Below are positions 20,750 to 33,238 of a stretch of DNA of 64,000 nt, piece by piece. The stretch's first letter is position 1; each line of letters starts with the position of its first letter. Below the pieces are notes generated by a model. That model did no database searches and was not told the DNA's origin. It saw only the letters and a list, made by a program, of their open reading frames with translations. The stretch is from the NCBI RefSeq assembly GCF_009914755.1, contig NC_060929.1; one strand, 5' to 3'. The DNA is from the human T2T-CHM13v2.0 reference genome, Homo sapiens. The position numbers and the translations under genes are program-made.

Positions 20750-20826
20750 AATAATCTGGCATGGTGTCATGGACCTGGTGTACATATTTTATTTAAGTGC
20801 TGAAACTTTTAACTAAGTAAATCTTC

Positions 20827-21528
20827 TATCATCTCACACCAGTTAGAATGACGATCATTAAAAAGTCAGGAAACAACAGGTGCTGGAGAGGATGTGGAGA
20901 AATAGGAACATTTTTACACTGTTGGTGGGACTGTAAACTAGTTCAACCATTGTGGAAGACAGTGTGGCGATTCCTCAGGGATCTAGAACTAGAAATACCA
21001 TTTGACCCAGCCATCCCATTACTGGGTATATACCCAAAGGAATATAAATCATGCTGCTGTAAAGACACATGCACACATATGTTTATTGCAGCACTACTCA
21101 CAATAGCAAAGACTTGGAACCAACCCAAATGTCCAACAATGATAGACTGGAATAAGAAAATGTGGCACATATACACCATGGAATACTATGCAGCCATAAA
21201 AAATGATGAGTTCATGTCTTTGTAGGGACATGGATGAAGCTGGAAACCATCACTCTCAGCAAACTATCGCAAGGTGGGAATTGAACAGTGAGAACACTTG
21301 GACACAGGAAGGGGAACATCACACACCGAGGCCTGTTGTGGGGTGGGGGAGGGGGGACGGATAGCATTAGGAGATATACCTAATGTAAATGACGAGTTAA
21401 TGGGTGCAGCACACCAACATGGCACATGTATACTTATGTAACAAACCTGCACGTTGTGTACATGTACCATAGAACTTAAAGTATAATAAAATATATATAT
21501 AATAAATAAATAAAATTTAAAATTAGAA
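20827..21528 (+). mobile_element. Short 5'-truncated LINE-1 (L1PA4/5-like)
   Basis: ORF2 C-terminus (ORF 20848..21225), 3' UTR GGAGATATACCTAATGTAAATGACGAG; 12-bp TSD AAGTAAATCTTC at 20815-20826 and 21529-21540. Confidence 0.96.
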
Positions 21529-22009
21529 AAGTAAATCTTCATAAATGTTAGAACTCATTTATATTTTATTCTCTGGGAACAGGTAGGCTGTTAATAGATA
21601 AACAGTGAAAAAGTAAGTCTCTCTATTCCAATATGTAGGGTCAATAAATAAAGGCCACCCGTCCTTTACTTATTTTTAAGCTGTGTGGTTCCTCAGAGCC
21701 TTAAGTGAATAAATACTGTGAGTCAGAATCACAGAACCATTATTCTTCTTTGAGCACCGATTAGTATTTCCTGGAACTAGTGTTCCCTGGCACACAGTTT
21801 GGGAAATGCCATGGTATAATACATCATTCTGCCTTTTAAAACACTGCAAGACCAACTTATACGGTGCTGAAGAAAATACTACAAGCCTGTGCAAAAACAC
21901 AACAGCATACAATTCATTAGTGCTTTAGCTCAAATGTGCCTGGTATGGTCCAGCTTCTCTCCACTTTCCAGAGAACATCTCTCTTGCATTTACTGCTTCT
22001 CCACACATG

Positions 22010-22054
22010 TTTTAATAATCCAGGAATAGAAGCAGCATTCCTGGATTATTAAAA
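22010..22054. repeat. Perfect 18-bp inverted repeat with 9-nt loop
   Basis: TTTTAATAATCCAGGAAT (22010-22027) and ATTCCTGGATTATTAAAA (22037-22054). Confidence 0.95.
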
Positions 22055-22224
22055 TGTACAAAGAGATTATACAAATATCTTCCAGGTGGTCAAGATCCTG
22101 GGGGAAAGTAGAGAATCCATATTAGAGTTTACAATAGGGTTCATTTTTACTAGTTACATACTGAAAAGTGTCCAGAAATGTGAGTTCTTATTCTTTCTCT
22201 GTCTGATTATAAGACTTTCAAACA

Positions 22225-22790
22225 GTCATTCATTGACACTAAAAATTTTTATTGTCAGGCCTTGTTGTAGGTGCTGGGGACATGTTAGTTAACAAAACAG
22301 ACAAAATCCCCGCTGTCATGGAATTTATAATATGGTGGGGAAAGGCAAATAATAGCTGAAATAAATAAGCCATTCATCTATATATTAGGAAGTGATAAGT
22401 ACTATGTCAAAATATAAAGCAGGAAAGAGGGCTATGGAGTGTCAGGGGTACGACTTTAACAGAATGGCTAAAGGAGACCTAATTGAAAAGCAAAGACTTG
22501 AAGAAAGTGAAAAAGTGAACCACAAGGATGTCTGGGGAAAAGCACTCCCCGCAGGGTAAACAGCAAAAGCTCTGAGGCAGAATTGAACCTGGAGGTTTGA
22601 AGACTTGCAGGAAATCCAGCATCTGGGATAGAATGAGAAAGGGGGTGAAGAGGAGGAATTGAAGGCAGAGTGGTAGTGAGGAGCTGAGAGGCAGCAGGAG
22701 AGATGGAGGCCAGGAGAGACATGATCTGGCCTGATGCTCTGACAGTATCCTCCTGGCAACTGGGTGGAAAATGGTCTGCAGTGGGCCAAG
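22225..22790 (-). mobile_element. LINE-2 (L2a-like) 3' portion
   Basis: CATTCATT...GTAGGTGCTGGGGACA...AACAAAACAGACAAAATCCC...CATGGAATTTA. Confidence 0.8.
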
Positions 22791-23799
22791 GGCAGAACCT
22801 GGGAAGCCAAATAACAATCACATAACAGACCAGAAAAATAATAGAGACATGTACAAGCCATAATTGTAAAGTTTTTACATTTTCTGTACTCAATGAAGCA
22901 CTTTTTAGATCCATTACCTTACCTGATCCCCATGACGACACGTTTTGTGACAGCATACATTACACCTGTCTCACCGATGAGAAAATTAAGGAATAACAAG
23001 GTCAAGGGTCTCGCACCACAAGAGGCAACTCCTATGTGAAAGAACCGGTTCTGGAGTCAGGAGCTCCACCCCAAATTGAGAGCTCTTTTCACTATACTCC
23101 AGTTTGCCAATTCAAGAGATAAGTCTTACGTCCCAAGTGTTTGGGGAAATGCTTAAGGGGAATGGTGATGAGTATGCATGCTAGGTTTAGCCTAGAGGAA
23201 GTGAGGTTTAGGCAGAATTGTAGTTTTTTTCCTTCCTTTTCCTTCTTTCTAAACTTTTTATTGACATATAACACACATCCAGAAAAGTGCACAATCCCCA
23301 AACTGAGTTTTTAAAGGAAATTTTGAAGTTTCTAAGCTGACCACAAACTTGAAGGCCTTCATGAACATGTGCCAAAACAAGGGTAATAAATTCTTGGAAA
23401 GATGCTTTTAGGTACACATGAAACCTCTCATTAATTCTGTGCCTGGGCTTCCAGGGTTAGAGATCAGTACACTGTTCCACACACCACAAAAATGACTGTC
23501 TTGAGACATTCTCTGCAATTCAACAAGTTTAACCCAAATCCTGACATTACCGTTAGGACTGGATAGCCAACTGATTGGAAAGTTTGGACTGCATTTAAAG
23601 GAAATTTCAAGTGTTAATTTTCCAAAAAGCAACAGCAACTTTTTAGAGATCTGCAACTCAGGTCCTTTACTGTCCCCCAACCCCCTTTTTACACCCATTT
23701 GTGGAAACAAACAAACAAAGCGCATGATGAAAATGTTTTACGTCTTCAAATAATTAAATAAGATAAAATAACAATAAACAAACTCATATTCAAAATAAA

Positions 23800-25590
23800 C
23801 AAATTCATATGACTCTATATCAGATTTGTAATGTAATGAGAGGAAATAATTATTCCAAGTGGCTTTTGAACATAGTACTTTGACTGTATACACTAGTGGG
23901 ATATATTCCAAGGCAAAAAGAAAGGCAAATAAATCTTAAACTTCACTCACTAGGTTCATTGTCAGTGGTAAAAATGCTATTGGCATTTTGAAATTATTTT
24001 GTGTAGAATAAAGAAACTAAGTAAATACAGTATAACTGGAAATCAAGAAGTTTATAGTAAGAGAGAAGAGATACAAATATAAAATCAAAGCTAAGTAAAC
24101 CAAGTAATATTAAACTTAATTGGAAATAATATAAACTAATATTTTGTTTATTTAATTCTGACCTCTGTCTACTGAAACATAGACACTATAGGCCAGGGCA
24201 TAGAAACATAGTTTCTATAGGGCATAGAAATCATGCTAAACAAGTAGCTATAGGCACATCCAGTGCCTCAATCTAAATAGCATCCTCCACTCAAAGGAAC
24301 CAAGACTCCTTAGAGAAAGAGAGAAATTCAGATCTGGGACAGCTCCCATGTGTACAGGGCTCCCATTGGCCATGTTGGGGAAATTGGAGGAGTGAAAAGA
24401 AAACTGACCATAACTGATTGTAAAATCTTGAATAAATGATATCCACAGGTTCATACTGACATTCAAAAGTGGAATAAAATTAAAAGAGAAAAAAAAACAA
24501 ACCTCATATGCTATCTTTGACGGTGACGATTTCACTAATTCATTATTCCAAGAGCTGATTGTTTTTCCCTTTTAATAAAGTAGTTCATCCATTTATCCAT
24601 AACAAATGAACAAAAGCTCTATTTTGCAGAACAATTTCAGCTACTAAATGCAGAAAGGATGTTAGCATGAGAATATCACATTTTTACAACTATTAATAAG
24701 ATCCTTGATTCAGACAAGAATCATTGATGGATACTATAGTTATTAAGGCAAAGGTTGTCAGAGAACAGGATGTTCACAGTATATGAAAGTATCACCCCCA
24801 CAGATGCTTGCTAATTTGCAAAGGCATGTACTTTTTCAATGCAAAGATCTGGTGGTTATCACTTTAACCGAGTGATCAAATTTAACATCGCAAATAGTCA
24901 GACAGCTATTTTGAAATTATAAGCCCCCTAACAGGATGCAATATTATAAAGCACATAAAATCACCTCTGCAGTGTTTCTTGCCAAAACTTAAATCTGAAT
25001 TTAATCAAGTATTTAGATCTAACTTCCAATTTACAGGAAATATAAGACATAAGGAACAAATATAACATATTCATGAGAAAGCATTCAGACAAATCCACAA
25101 GCAGGGACATTCTATAAGACAGCTGGACTCATCTCTTCAAGAGGTCAATGCCATTTTTTTTTAAAAAAGAGGAGGGTTGTTCTAGAATAAAGAGATTTAA
25201 AATATTTAGCTAAACACAATGTATATATTTTTATTTGAATTCTAATTTTTTAATTAAGGCTACAGAAACAGTTTAAGTAATTAGGAAAATTTGAATATGA
25301 ACTGAACATTAGATAAAATTACATCATTACTGTGAACATTCTTAGGTGTGATAATGGCACTGTCTTTATGTAGGAAAATGTCTTTCTTTTTAGGAGAAGC
25401 ATGCTGAAATATTTTGGGATGATTTATGATGATGTCTACCACCTACTTTCCAAAACCTATATAAAATTAGGCAAGTATGACAAAATGTTAGGAAATGTTT
25501 GATTCCAGGTAGTATGTATAAGAGTGTACACTGTACCATTCATTCAACTTTCCACTATGTCTGAATATGGTTATAATTAAAAGATGGAAA
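23800..25590 (+). mobile_element. Old L1M (L1MC/ME-like) 3' region
   Basis: GGGACATTCTATAAGACAGCTGGACTCATCTCTTCAA and TTCTTAGGTGTGATAATGGCA...ATGTAGGAAAATGTC; boundaries approximate. Confidence 0.6.
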
Positions 25591-26394
25591 AATATATATG
25601 CAGACCAAACAACATACATTTTAAAAACAAATACCTAAGGAAGAGGAATGGGAGCTGGGAATGAGGACAGAAGAGGAAAACAAACCAGTGGAGGAGCCAT
25701 GCGTGGATGAAGAGATGAGGATTACAATTGACTCAACCCTCTGCTCCTGAAACAAGAAAAAAAAAGGCATTCTTCAAGCCTTGAAGCTGGCAAGTGAGTC
25801 CCTTCCCTCATAGCTGGGAGGGCAGGCAGAGCTATGTGAGCGTGAGGAGTTGAACCCAGCAGACCCACAAACATGCAGCAGCAGGCTGACAACCTAGGGC
25901 TGTTCACAGTGCAAGTCGTGTCTGGATGCTTTCAAATCCATTTGGTGATGGGAATTATCTCCCTTATGTAATGAAGGCCTCATGTTATTTGATTTACAGC
26001 TTCTCATACAATGGTAGATTTGTTCCATAATCCCCTGGATTGTAGCTAAACCCCCAAGGACGTATTTATCTACTTTGCTATAGTCAAGGCCCCAGCTCAT
26101 ATGTAACTATAATTTCTTCCATTTGCTCAAGGTGTGTCATCAACTTCCAAGCATTTCAGGAGAACTCCTCTGCGTGGCCTCCCTGAGAGCCAGGTCAAGG
26201 GGGCTGTGAAGCTCACACAAGCCTTGTCCCATGAGAGAGAATGCAAACAGCTGAAGTACATTGCACCTGGTCCTTGAATAAACGTACAGTCCAGGAAGTG
26301 CCCCACCAGGTCTTGATGGCATATAGTGAAGAGACTGATTACCTCCCAGGAGGTCTGCATAAAGATCCTGAGAGGAACACATGGAGAATTCCAA

Positions 26395-26520
26395 TAGAGT
26401 GGAAGCTTCCTGAGGGCAGGAAATGCATCTTCCTGTATCCCAATGCCTAGTCCAGTTCTGAGACTATGATAGGTGCTCAATACATATTTGTCAACTGAGT
26501 AAATAGATAAGTGAATGATC
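26395..26520 (+). mobile_element. LINE-2 3' end
   Basis: GAAGCTTCCTGAGGGCAGG...GATAGGTGCTCAATACATATTTG...GAATGA. Confidence 0.75.
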
Positions 26521-28291
26521 AGTCAAACAAAGCATAAGTGATTCAGACTGGAAAGGAAAGGATAGGTAAGAAAACCATGATGTATTTTCCCTTAATCTGA
26601 ATGAACAAGTGATTTGAGTGGCAAACAGGGAAAATAAAACACGTGGCAGATATCTATATCTACCCATTTTGTTTTGGTGAGTTAAAACTATTTTTAAGTA
26701 AATATAATAAATGGAAAAAATGTGGCCTATGTAAGTGAGATACAAAAAAAATGACTAGAAACAAATTGTTCATTTGTGCTAGAAACCAAAGTGTTGCATT
26801 ACAAACATCCAAGACTGAGGACTATTAATACCCTGTGAGACCACTCTCTGATATTTCTAGTCTAATAGGAGCAATCCTCATTCCTGGTTTTGTCAACCAC
26901 AATGGTTTTCATTTCACCCCCAGAAGCATCATGAAATTTTGCCCTAACTTCTCAAAACAAACTATTTTAATTCCCCAAATTATTGTAAAAACAAGGTGGT
27001 AATGGACAAGATGGAGGTGTTGTGAAATCAAAGAAGCAATTATAATTCTCCAGAAAAGTTCAAAACTCTTCTCTCATCCAAACAGTTGTTTCTGAAAATG
27101 CCACACTCCCCAAACTTAGAAATAACCAGCAGACAGGTAAAAATAATCCCTAAGATTTTTTGACTTATTCTTGCAGAACTTCTACTGGGGAGTGAGTCTT
27201 CCCTTCTCCAAAGCACAAAAAAGTAAGTCTTGCTAGATGAGGGAAGCCAAGTTTGTTAGGCCTGGCACAAAGCAAACATTTTTGCCTGCTTGAATTACTT
27301 TCAACAATTGAAAACATCACTCTAATAACCAATGCCACAAGAAACTATGCAGTGAACTCAGAGAAAATCAAGGGGGGTGATCTGAACTTCAAACATGGCC
27401 TAAGTAGCTGATCAAGAGAGACAATTGCTGGTATTTAAAAGCAGAAAATTAAATAGAGGTCCTGTGTGTCTATTCCATTTTTACCCACCTCTTTAAGTAA
27501 ACCCTTTTCTGTGATATCAAGAGGATCCATCTGCTAGCTACATCTTCATGAAGCCCTTCCTTCAGTTACTCGCAAAGAATCAGCAGGTCTTGAATCTGAC
27601 TCTACCAAATACAGACTCTATTATAACCCAATCTCTTTCTGAGCCTCTCCTGAATGGAATACCTATTCCTGGCTTCTGATTATTATTGTGTTGGACTAGT
27701 TCAAACTTTGATCCAACTCTCAGGGCTGGAATGATATCCAACCAGTACAGTACAGTGCTTGAAACCATCCACTGTTTTGTCAATGTTGAACATTTGTAAA
27801 CATTTGTCCAATGCCATGGTCCTAAGTGTCAGTCTGGAAGAGGCCTTGCTTTGTGACTTTCCCCTTTTTTGGAAATTCATTTAATCTTGCTCTGAACGTT
27901 ATTTATTTCTTCCTGCTTCTCCAGATAAAGCCAAGAAGGCCCCAGTAAGTATCTGCTAGTCATCCAAGAGTAAAACAAGTTGACATCCATTTTGATTTGC
28001 ATCTCCATTTCCTGGTATTTTTAATCCAAACACCCAGGCTTAAATTCTATGGTAAGCAAAGAAACTCATCATCATTGCTTACTACAAGTTATGGACGCAT
28101 AAAGAAGTAATTCTTATGCTGAACAGTTAACCATGCAAAACTCTGAGTCTTACTCCCAGAGATGCCAATATAGTAGGTCTGTAGTGAAACAAAAAAGTGA
28201 CACGTTAACAAGTGCTTCTGATTATTCTGTAATACACAAGTGGACATGGACCACATTTTTGAGAAAAGAGAAGGCCAGAACAGCAAGAGCT

Positions 28292-28434
28292 GACTGGACA
28301 TGGAGGCTCACACCTGTAATCCCAGCACTTTGGGAGGCCAAGGTGGGAGAATTGCTTGAGGCCAGAAGTTCAAGACCAGCCTGGGAAACATATTGAGACC
28401 CTGTCTCTAATTGTTAATAATAATAAAAAAAAAA

Positions 28435-28464
<30 letters not shown>
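28292..28464 (+). mobile_element. Alu monomer (FLAM-like) with (AAT)n tail
   Basis: Left monomer only; TSD AAGAGCTGA at 28285-28293 and 28465-28473. Confidence 0.88.
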
Positions 28465-28466
<2 letters not shown>

Positions 28467-28966
28467 GAGCTGAAAACAGCTGGAGGGGGAAAAAGGTCCC
28501 AGGAAACTTGGTGGAAGCCAAGGTTGCAGGTGGCCTTTGGTGGAGGCCCTTGGTGGGGAGATATCCGAGGTGTGCCATTCCCTCATGAACTGCTACTCAC
28601 CACTTGACCCCATGCAGAAGGGAAGGGTGAAGAAGCAGTGGTTGTGCCAAACAGCAGGCGTATCCCAGTTTCCCAGACTCTGCCCTCTCTCGCTCATCAC
28701 CCTAAGGGCTGTTTCATGGCCACCTATGGGCTTGGTCTCACTCCCAGTTGCCATAAGTGGTGACTGGAAGTGGAATGCAGGCAACTTCCACCCGACTCTG
28801 GTCACTTGGCATCATCAGTAGAGCTGCCAGTTAGACTCTGACCTCATGCATTAGTTAGGACAGGCATCCTTAATCTTTTTCACTTCACAGCCCTCGAAAT
28901 ACTTTTACAATAATCTCACTCATTTCTAAGTTGATATCTAACATTATATATTATTAGTTTAAATAG

Positions 28967-29398
<432 letters not shown>

Positions 29399-29627
29399 TC
29401 ATCTATTCAAAATGTTCATAAACAAGTCCTTTTTTAGTAGTTAGAAATTTTATAGCAATGCATTTTCCTCTTAAACTTGTATTTCCATCTGACTTCCCCC
29501 ATATAATTTCATCCAATATAATATTTTTTATTCTTATAGTCTTTTAACTCTTTCATCCCATTTTCTCTTCAAAATATATATGTTTATTTATAGATATAGA
29601 TAATCATATGTATGGTATGTAAAGATT

Positions 29628-29717
29628 ACCTATAGCCATACCACCCTTAATGAGCCTGATCTCGTCTGATCTCAGAAGCTAAGCAGGTTTGGGCTTGGTT
29701 AGCACTTGGATGGGAGA
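29628..29717 (+). pseudogene. 5S rRNA pseudogene, nt 1-90, 3'-truncated
   Basis: GCCATACCACCCT...GATCTCGTCTGATCTCAGAAGCTAAGCAGG...ACTTGGATGGGAGA; about 13 mismatches in 90 against recalled human 5S rRNA. Confidence 0.95.
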
Positions 29718-29798
29718 TATATATATACATGTGTAAATACATATACATATTCATCTATCTATAGAGATAGATATTCAGATATATAGTCTGACACTTAA

Positions 29799-30104
29799 TT
29801 TTTATTTATTTATTAGAGACAGAGTCTTACTCTGTTGCCAAAGCTGGAGTACAGTGGTGTGATCATAGCTCACTGTAACTTTGAATTCCTGGCCTCAAGC
29901 AATCCTCCCACCTCAACCTCCCAAGAAGCTAGAACTACAGGCACACACCACCACACCAAGCTAGCTTTTTTAAAAAATATTTTTTGTAGAGACAAGGTCT
30001 CACTATGCTGCCCAGGCTGGTTTTGAACTCCTGGCCTTAAGCAATCCTCCTGCCTCGGCCTCCCAAAATGCTGGGATTACAGTCATAAGCTACTGTACCT
30101 GGCC
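29799..30104 (-). mobile_element. Alu (AluJ-like)
   Basis: GATCATAGCTCACTG and CTCAAGCAATCCTCC are AluJ diagnostics. Confidence 0.93.
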
Positions 30105-30624
30105 TAATTTTTAAAAATTTAATGTTTTTTTAAAATTTCCTATCACTAAAAGAGTTGGAAAATATCTCCTGAGTTTAGTTATCACTATAATTTTGGTAAA
30201 ATCAACGTAAGTATGTTATAAATAATTAAATATAAAAAAGGAAATTTTATTGGAAATGCATATCTAAATGAATGGGACTGATTTTAATTATTTCTATGAA
30301 TACATAATACTTAATGTTAGAGTGATTCAGTGTTCAGCATTAATTATACTAATATTTTTCATTTTTACATATGAAAGTCCTGAGAAACCTTATTTATTCA
30401 AATACTTATATGAAAATGGAAATAGTTTTATTATAGCAATGTTATTTAATTTTTTGAACTCCTTCTAAGCTAATTTTAATGATTTATCAGCTGACAATTC
30501 CTCCTTGAATTTTTATAAAACAAAATATCAGAAATCATATGGGTTGCAAAAGATTTCTTATGCAATTATAGACTCACGTAATTTCTCACACCAACACCAG
30601 TATTTCAAATAGTCCTTTGGTGCC

Positions 30625-31007
30625 TGATATGGTTAGGCTTTGTGTCCCCACCCAAATCTCATCTTGAATTGTAATCCTCATAATCCCTGTAATCCCCATG
30701 TGGGAGAGACCAGGTGGAGGTAATTGAATCATGGGGTGAAGTTCCCCCGTGCTGTTCTCATGATAATTAGTGAGTTCTCTTGAGATCTGATGGTTTTATA
30801 AGGGGCTTTTCCCCCTGCGCTCAGCATTTCTCCTTCCTGCTGACTTATGAAGAAGGTGCCTTGCTTCCCCTTCGCCTTCCGCCATGATTGTAAGTTTCCT
30901 GAGGCCTCCCCAGCCATGCTGAACCGTGAATCAATTAAACCTCTTTCCTTTATAAATTACCCAGTCTCAGGCAGTTCTTAATAGCAGTATGAAAACAGAC
31001 TAATACA
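30625..31007 (+). mobile_element. THE1 (THE1C/D-like) solo LTR, MaLR
   Basis: TGATATGGTTAGGCTTTGTGTCCCCACCC...GACTAATACA; 5-bp TSD GTGCC at 30620-30624 and 31008-31012. Confidence 0.93.
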
Positions 31008-31144
31008 GTGCCCCATAGGTTTTTACATTCTGGAGCATGCTTTCTTGATGGGGACAAAAATTGCTTCTTAAAAGATGAAAAATATCTTACTCCTATATGT
31101 ATAAAGCACAGATATGCACAGTACATAAATAGATATACAGGGTA

Positions 31145-31291
31145 CAGATGTTCCTCAACTTACAATGGGGTTACATTTTGATAAATCAATAAAAGTTGAA
31201 CCATGTCAGATGTTCCTTGATTTACAATTAGATTAAGTCCATATAAACCCATCATAAATTGAACTATCATGGGCCAGCGGCATATGTACTG
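31145..31291 (+). mobile_element. MER47-like TcMar-Tigger fragment
   Basis: TA|CAGATGTTCCTCAACTTACAATGGGGTTAC with a second internal CAGATGTTCCT copy. Confidence 0.65.
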
Positions 31292-31744
31292 TATTAAAAT
31301 TTCATAATAGGAATGATTACCAAAAAATGTCCAAAAGGCTCCTTAGAAGGTGATAAGAATTAAGTCTGAGAAACACTGCCTCAAGGGCAAGTCCTCATTT
31401 TAAGATTTGGAATGAGTTAGAGTTACACCTTTTCTTTGAAGTGGGAGAAAAAGGGCATTTGTGGAGTGAGAAATGGAAATTGTTTCAACCACAGGCATGT
31501 TCTAAGGTAGACTAATTTTAGGAAGGAATCTGTTTAAGATTTGTTCAGTGAATTAGTGTCAGTGAAGTGCATGAAACATAGTTAATTTTTCAATTTCAGT
31601 ATTGTTATTATTACCATCACAACATTTATCATTATGTGGAAGTTTAAACATCTGGCAATTGATTCCCTTAAAATTATAAGGGTTTTCATATCCAGTGGAG
31701 GATATTTATCCCCCAGGGAAACTTATACCTCACTTTCAAGGTCA

Positions 31745-32580
31745 CCAAGTTAGGATAGGATCGGTTGCTTATAAAGGAGACCAAAAGTAACAATGCTTAC
31801 AGCAGACAAAAGTTTATTTCTCTGTCACATAGAAACTGGAGCTGGCATGGCGGCTCCCCCCCAACTGGTCAGGGCCACATACTCCTTATATCTTGTTGCT
31901 TTGCCAGTCCCTAGGATGTTACACTGATCTACATGATCCATGATGGTCCACTGGCATGTCCCCATTCCAGCTGGGGAAAGGAGAGGAAAAGGTAAGGAGG
32001 ACATAGTCTGTTATAGACCGAACATTTGTGTCCCTCCAAAATTCATGTATTGAAGCCCTAACCCCCAAGGTGATAGTATTTGGAGTTGGGGCCTTTGGGA
32101 GGTAATTATGTTTAGATGAGGTCCTGAGGGTAGGAGTCTCATGATGGGATTAGTGCTCTGATAAGAAGAGACTAGAGAGCTTGCTCTCTCTCTACCAAGT
32201 GAACACACAGCAAGAAGGCAGCAGTGTGCAAGCCAGGAGAAGGCCTCTACCAGAACCCCACCAAGCCAGCACCTTGCTCTTAGACTCCCCAGGCTCCAGA
32301 ACTGTAAGAAATAAATTCCTGTTGTTTATAAGCCTCTCAGTCTATTGTATTTTGTTGTGGTAGTCTGAGCCGACTAATACCCGCCCCTTCCAGAAAGGTG
32401 CACATGTCATGCCTACATTCTCATACCATAGGCCGGAACTCAGTCAGGTGGCCAAATATTGCTGCAAGGAAGGCTGGGAAATGAAGTGTTTAGCTGAGTG
32501 GCCCTGCACTTGGCTAGGTATCCTATGCCATTTGAAAAGGGGAGAGGGATACTGAAGGAGATCTAGGAGTCTCTCTCACA
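31745..32580 (-). mobile_element. Old MLT1 (MLT1J-like) LTR split by a younger LTR
   Basis: AAGTTTATTTCTCTGTCACATAG and GCTGCAAGGAAGGCTGGGAAATG on either side of the 32009-32380 insert. Confidence 0.65.
32009..32380 (+). mobile_element. MLT1A-like LTR nested in MLT1J
   Basis: TGTTATAGACCGAACATTTGTGTCCCTCCAAAATTCATG...AATAAATTCCTGTTGTTTATAAGCC...GACTAATAC. Confidence 0.85.
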
Positions 32581-32771
32581 CCCGACCTATATGATTCCTG
32601 GAGTTGTGGTGGGAATCCTGGTATCTTTCTTAGTTTCTGGTCCTTAATCGCTGCTCTGATAGCCTGCTCTGTATACCAGTTTCTTCAAGACTGGGGTCCT
32701 GCCTTGTTCATACATATCCCTCGCCCAGGGACTGGAGTCCAGTGGACAGAACACACTGTCTGCTTGCATTT

Positions 32772-32855
32772 TTCTTCCTTTCTTTCTTTCTTCCTTCTTT
32801 CCTTCCTTCTTTCCTTTCTCTTTCTCTCTTCCTTCCTTCCTTCCTTCCTTCCTTC

Positions 32856-32886
<31 letters not shown>

Positions 32887-32906
32887 TTTCTTTCTTTCTT
32901 TCTTTC

Positions 32907-32962
<56 letters not shown>

Positions 32963-32969
32963 TTTTTTT
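32772..32969. repeat. Compound (TTTC)n/(CCTT)n/(CT)n microsatellite derived from the Alu tail
   Basis: About 200 bp of pure pyrimidine on the + strand. Confidence 0.95.
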
Positions 32970-33238
32970 CACTCTTGTTGCCCAGGCAGTGCAATGGCAC
33001 GATCTCGGCTCTCTGCAACTTCCGCCTCCTGGGTTCAAGCGATTCTCCTTCCTCAGCCTCCAGGGTAGCTGGTATTACAGGTGTGCGCCAACACGCCCAG
33101 CTAATGTTTGTATTTTTAGTAGAGATGGGGTTTCACCATGGTGGCCGGACTGGTCTCGAACTCCTGACCTCAGGTGATCCACCCACCTTGGCCTCCCAAA
33201 GTGCTGGGATTACAGGCATAAGCCACCGCACCTGGCTG
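32961..33238 (-). mobile_element. Alu (AluS-like)
   Basis: Reverse Alu; TSD GTCTGCYTGCATTT at 32758-32771 and 33239-33252 encloses the microsatellite. Confidence 0.95.

Noticed and set aside
22442-22956. Three overlapping - strand ORFs of 112-162 aa
   Set aside because: They overlie an L2 relic whose strand composition lacks stops; no recognisable domain.
29628-29717. Functional 5S rRNA gene
   Set aside because: Single copy, about 14% diverged with CpG decay, and missing the last ~30 nt and terminator.
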